Shown here piece by piece: positions 58,849-64,000 of a DNA stretch of 64,000 bases. The stretch's first letter is position 1. Every line of letters begins with the position of its first letter. The notes below the pieces were generated by a model, which saw nothing but the letters and a program-made list of their open reading frames with translations, searched no databases and had not been told where the DNA came from. The DNA is from Laetmonice hystrix (taxonomy: Eukaryota), in the NCBI GenBank assembly GCA_965235115.1, contig OZ249436.1, positions 31,002,001-31,066,000 on the forward strand, read 5' to 3'. The position numbers and the translations under genes were made by a program.

Positions 58849-61800
58849 ATGTTGAGGGTCGTCATCAGTGGCGCCCGTCGTCTCTTGCGACCCCCAACAG
58901 GTGAGCTAGCATTGGTAGTTTATAGATCTGGGAATATTCCGTGTTTTTAACCTCACGGCTCGCGGATATTCCGGTTTGAAACGGAACGCCTGGTGTATGG
59001 AAGACCTAAACGCCACATTGTTAAACATCTCGACATAGTGACATGGTATAAGTGCCAGTGAAGAGCGCGTGAATCCAACACAGCTGTGGTATGGGGCCCA
59101 CGCGGCTGGTTAAAATACACAACGGCCACGACAAGGCTGACAACTCCCCTACGAGGATTCTTAACGTTGACGTAAAAGATTTACCAATCGTGCCTTGCTG
59201 TTTCCTGACTCAAATGCTTTAGTAAAATGTGAAATACGGTGCTTCAATGGCCAGTTTACGGCTAACCCTGGGCTGACGGAAGTGGGTCAGCTTGGATGCT
59301 GCTGCGCGTAGGGCTTTTTCAACCACGAAACAGTGACCTTATATGAACTTCTTGACTGAACGCCTGATCTGACAAATGTATAGTTAGTCAGGGTAGCCCT
59401 ACCCTTCAGGTTACTTTCCCAGACAAAAACGTGGCTATATATTAGCTAATTCTGGCGAACATAGGGTACAGAGTGGGGTAAACAGGTTTAGATGCTAAGG
59501 TGGGTGTCCTGGTCGTAAGTCAGCGGTGTGCAAGACCCGCAGCATGCAGTCTATTGGCGTGACATGTTGTGAATCGAGGTATGCGTATCACAAAGCGATT
59601 GATCAATCGATACGCTGAGGGGAAAACTTGTAGGACTCTGTTAGACTTAGATGAGGTTCCTACCACCCAAAACTCCACCTGCAGACTCCAGGGAGACCCA
59701 AGACGTACCGGTATACTTGCTACACGTATACATATCGTTGACTTGACTGTATGCTCTGACCCCGATTTGACTCGCCCCAGTTTGCCTTGGCCTGCGTGCG
59801 TCTGCTTATTTTGGACGACAAGAAACGATACATTATTTATTATGGCAAGACATCCTGATCCACACAAACAGGCCCGTCATGTCATAGCCAATCCAGGCTG
59901 CAACTACTCCAGTACACCGATGTGTATATAGTAGGACTTACCATACTTACTAATTACCCTCCATGTGATACTTGTAGGTCAGAGTTATGGCAGGGCTGTC
60001 CGAAACGCCATGTGGTAGTGGCGGTCGTAATGTTTATAACCTATATGATCACCGAATAATCCTGAATTCTCTTGATTGCTTATTCCTCATCTGCCGAATC
60101 TAACTATATCTACCGGCAACGGCTGCACCAACAGAATCAGTTTGATATCGGGGTTATGCAGGAGGTGCTGCATGAGGAATAGACTGTAGTACTGCTAATA
60201 TTCTAGGATGCTGTCCACATGGTAGCACTAATGGATGGGCCGTGTTAATTATGGATGGGGTGACACCAGGTCGAGCCATGAAGAGCTTCAGGAGAGACGG
60301 AAAGGGCAATCAGGGCAGACACAGACAAACCCTGGACAGCCGTGTCCCGAGCCTGTGAGAGTCTCACTGCTGCTGTGGCCAGTGGCATATTTAGGGGGTC
60401 GGGGCAATGGCACTGCCCATTTAAACTGGGTTAGATTGATCAACATGTGTGTGTTTAGGCACTGGTCATAATTTTCTAAATACGCCACTAGCTGTAGCAC
60501 TCGATATCGGAGAGTCTCTCTGCGGATTTCCCGGCAGACCAGTGCTGTATATCTCAGTACATGTATCAAAATCTTATACATATTGGTGCGATAAGGTTAC
60601 TGGAAATTGCTGGACTTAATGCATGAACAACAACCACTGAATATAATTCAGACCAGACTTTATGACATTGAAAGAGTTATTCCTGCTTGTGTCGTATATT
60701 GTGTGGGAAAGGTGAATCCAAGGTGGCCCAGATCAATTAGGTTCAACAACCCAGATCCTAATCTGTAATCCTAATCGGTACTGCCAGAGGATCGCCTCAG
60801 GTGCCGACTTGGTGTATAAAATCACCCCTCACCCCTCACCAGGGCCTAATTTAAGACACGTGACGTCTGCTTATTACATTATGTATATCTGGGCGCCAAC
60901 TCCAGGAGCATACTTCCTCGTGGTGTTAGCAATGGAATATATACATTATTATGTTAACAGAAGTCAGTGTCGGAGACTCCTCTGAGGCATGTTGCATCCT
61001 AACAATCCCTGACAGTAGTCCCCCATACATAGATAAGGCCATCATGCTATATGGGGGTCCCTCAGTCACGTACATTGTAGATCAACGGTTGTGTCTGGCA
61101 TGGCATACAGGGCACAGTAGAATAATTAGGGGGGGGGGGTAATGTGTGCATGCAAAGTATAATTCAGCTGCGGATCCAGGATTTTGGTAGGGGGGGCGTT
61201 AAGGGGGAAAATTTGCTTGAAGGAGGTAGCATGGTCAATTCAGAAAGTTCTAGGGAAAAAAAGAAAAATTGGCTGCGGGGGGGGGGGGGGGTACTCCGCG
61301 CCCCCGATCAGCCACCTTATTTAACACCACGGTTGTCCGCATTCATATGGTATATCAAGACAAAGCAGAAAATGCGTAATATAATAGTTTGAAATCATTT
61401 CTATGCTATTGGCATGTTTACTATCAGCGCCCCTGCACGCCACCAAACCCATCGACTCCTGCATGTTGTTTCTGGCAATGGAAGTATGATTTTGGTATTG
61501 GGTGTGGAGGTCGATATATATACCAACCAGTAATCATGTTACTCGTCCGTTTTCTAAGGATATAGTGCATCTGCCACGCGATGCCAAGGTCTGGCCTTCA
61601 GTGGTGGTTTTTCCTGCTGTCGCTTTTTTTTCTACGTCTGGTTCAAGTTGGACTTGAGGATTTAGGATTACATCTGCAGCCAAGGAGAGCCAGAACGAAA
61701 CGACGGAAAGAACGTCCATCGGGAATTGGCGGGCATAAAATTTGCATTGTGGGTTTTATTGGACAGTTGGGAAGGCTTCACAAGATTGGAAGAGTCCTGC

Positions 61801-63948
61801 CGAAAGACCTGTTGGGCACCCTTGAAACGCAAAGGGCATCAAAATACAGGCTACATACTATGACAATACGGGTGTTCCCTATTCAAGCGCCAAGCCTAGC
61901 TCCCTCCCCTAGAAAAATGTGAAAATTACAGTGCAAAATTATCGTTTTCCTGGCATCTGGGAACAATAATAGGCCTATATGGCAATTTTCTGTGGGTTTA
62001 CAGAACTATGCCCCCTAGCTATACGATCCCGGGACTATGACCTCCAAACTGAATGCCATTTTGTTCTGATCAACAATAATTATATTCCCCCATAGTATAC
62101 ATGCAGTAGACTACAGGACTGTTTCCACAGGCAGCCCTATACTGAGAACGAGTATAGATTTCTGAAATCCTATAGGCCAATACATGTATAGAATATCTTA
62201 AATCACCTGGTAATAAGAGGAAAAAGTCATGGTAGTATATAGATCTAGCTGCAGTGAGGGATACCTTGCCTATGTTGATGAAAGAAAGAAGGCGACTTAA
62301 AAATATTCGAGAAGGGAATGGGGTCACGTATTGTACGTGTACAACACATCCAGTGAATAGAGAAACGTTATCCGATAACTTCAGTCTTGCCAATATATCC
62401 GAGAAACATTCAGTATAGAAATATCATAATGGGTATGCCTTTACCGTAATGATTGTTAAGATGTCGGTAGTTTTTCTATCAGACCCCCTCACTATTTGGT
62501 CTTTTTACTGTGTTTTCGCCGTGAAGATGGCCCTGAATGCATGCCAAAAATTACGGAATAAAACCACCATTACTCACTCACTCCCCCACTCATCTGTGAG
62601 ACGGTAACAGGTAACAGTTCTATATGAACATGGTAGCATTGTAAAATATTACGTATTCTGATAGTACAATTTTTGCGACAGTATTATGCCCGTGGTATAT
62701 TTCCCCCATAGCACTTTCTGACCAGGCTGACCCCCCCCCCCCTCAAAAAAGCAAATTCTTCCCCTAAACCCCCCTTACCAAAATCTTGGATCCGCCCCTG
62801 CGTATATACATGTATGCAGTTTTAGTATGGTAAGTAACGTAGAACACCATTTGTTATGATTCCATCTTTAGGTGGCATCGCCTGTCAGTCTCAAGCCTTA
62901 CACACTTCACAACGGCTGGCTGCCGCCAAATTGTCCGATTTCCAGTTGCGAAAGATTACGCAAGACTTCGACCATGTTTATGGTAGGTGAAAAGTGCATT
63001 ACTTTAAATTGGCGTAATTGATTAGGCCTATATTTAATCAGCTGTAATATAAGTGTGTTGTCCGGTTACATGTCCCTAGGAACGATTACTTCCATAATCG
63101 ATAATGACAGTTACCGAGGTGTTCTTAAAAGTCATTCAACATCAAGTATGTACATGTAACATAGAATTCTAAACTTCTTTCCATATGGCTATATGGCTTT
63201 TACTTATTGAATTTTTTCTTTTGTTTCTTCTGATTTTAGATAGAAATAATGACGGATTTATTGATAAGTCGGACGTCCAAGCAGTTAAGAATGTGAGTAA
63301 TTTTGGTATCTCCAAACTATTGGTGTTAGCATGAGGTGTATGATCACTGGTTTAAAGAATTATTTCCAGTAATACGTGCATGGTATTCAAAATTATTTTT
63401 CTGCCATTTGTCACTTTTAAAGTTCTTTTATTATTATCACCCTGCTGGTATATAACTGAAAAGTATTCATATATTATACAACTATTATGTTATAGGCCTA
63501 TACATGAGAAGTTAACTGTATAATTTTACAGCGACTGCGGACTTACACAGAGAACGTACATGGTAGAGCCATCAAGGACGTATACAAGGCTGGATTTGAC
63601 GATTTTTGGGACATTTTAGTCAGCGTCGCCGACACTAACAAGGATGGGTTTGTCTCGAGGTAGGTCTATATTACGCATTTTCTGCCCAAATGTAGTCACC
63701 GCATATAATTATAACAAAATTATAACTAACCTTTAGTGGCGTTATAAATAAAAGACACCATTCTTTAAATATCTTTAATTATCAGTGCTGCGATGTTACA
63801 AAAATATTATGTAAACTGTATTCCAGGGAGGAATGGGTCCGTTTGTGGGAGGAAATCGTTGGAGGAAAACCTGTCATAGAACCGAAATCACTGCCTCAAT
63901 GGGTACGGATGGTACCCGCTTCCTTATTCCCAGTATTAGATGCCAAAG
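58849..63948 (+). CDS. Calexcitin / sarcoplasmic calcium-binding protein-like EF-hand protein with N-terminal extension (partial; continues beyond the window)
   Basis: Phase-consistent exons 58849-58900, 62872-62982, 63240-63292, 63532-63659, 63827-63948. LSDFQLRKI..F...YD; EF loops DRNNDGFIDKSD and DTNKDGFVSREE; LPQWV..LFPVLDAKG (start of EF3). Not in the ORF track because the exons are short. The link to exon 1 is inferred from phase and composition. Confidence 0.8.
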
Positions 63949-64000
63949 GTAGGTAGCGTATTAGGTTGTTTCCGTTTATTATTATTATATATTATTGAAA

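Noticed and set aside
60207..60354. Possible extra exon of the EF-hand gene (ttctag acceptor, gtgaga donor)
   Set aside because: The donor phase does not fit the next exon and the peptide has no family resemblance; 58900-to-62872 gives a clean frame.

Overview
Eukaryotic, intron-rich animal DNA; a mollusc/lophotrochozoan origin is my inference from gene and repeat content, not a direct observation. Exons were assembled by hand from splice sites and reading-frame phase. (1) A cluster of three ionotropic glutamate receptor (iGluR)/ionotropic receptor (IR)-family genes: a 13-exon divergent gene on - (277-10218), a 16-exon IR25a/IR8a-type co-receptor on - (13557-26693), and a 13-exon paralog of the first gene on + (30034-36299). 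(2) In intron 2 of the co-receptor gene, nested DNA transposons (CACTG element > element with AAAT target-site duplication (TSD) > apparently intact autonomous PIF/Harbinger with a DDE transposase and a Myb/SANT gene). (3) SAMD8/SMSr (-) head-to-head with VDAC (+). (4) The 5' part of a calexcitin/sarcoplasmic calcium-binding protein (SCP)-like EF-hand gene whose first exons encode a mitochondrial-presequence-like peptide. The introns hold many MITEs with 5-, 6- or 10-bp TSDs, plus mini- and microsatellites. The most promising leads are the SMSr-VDAC-mitochondrial EF-hand neighbourhood, the IR co-receptor/partner cluster with unusual pore and CREL residues, and the intact Harbinger. No databases were searched.
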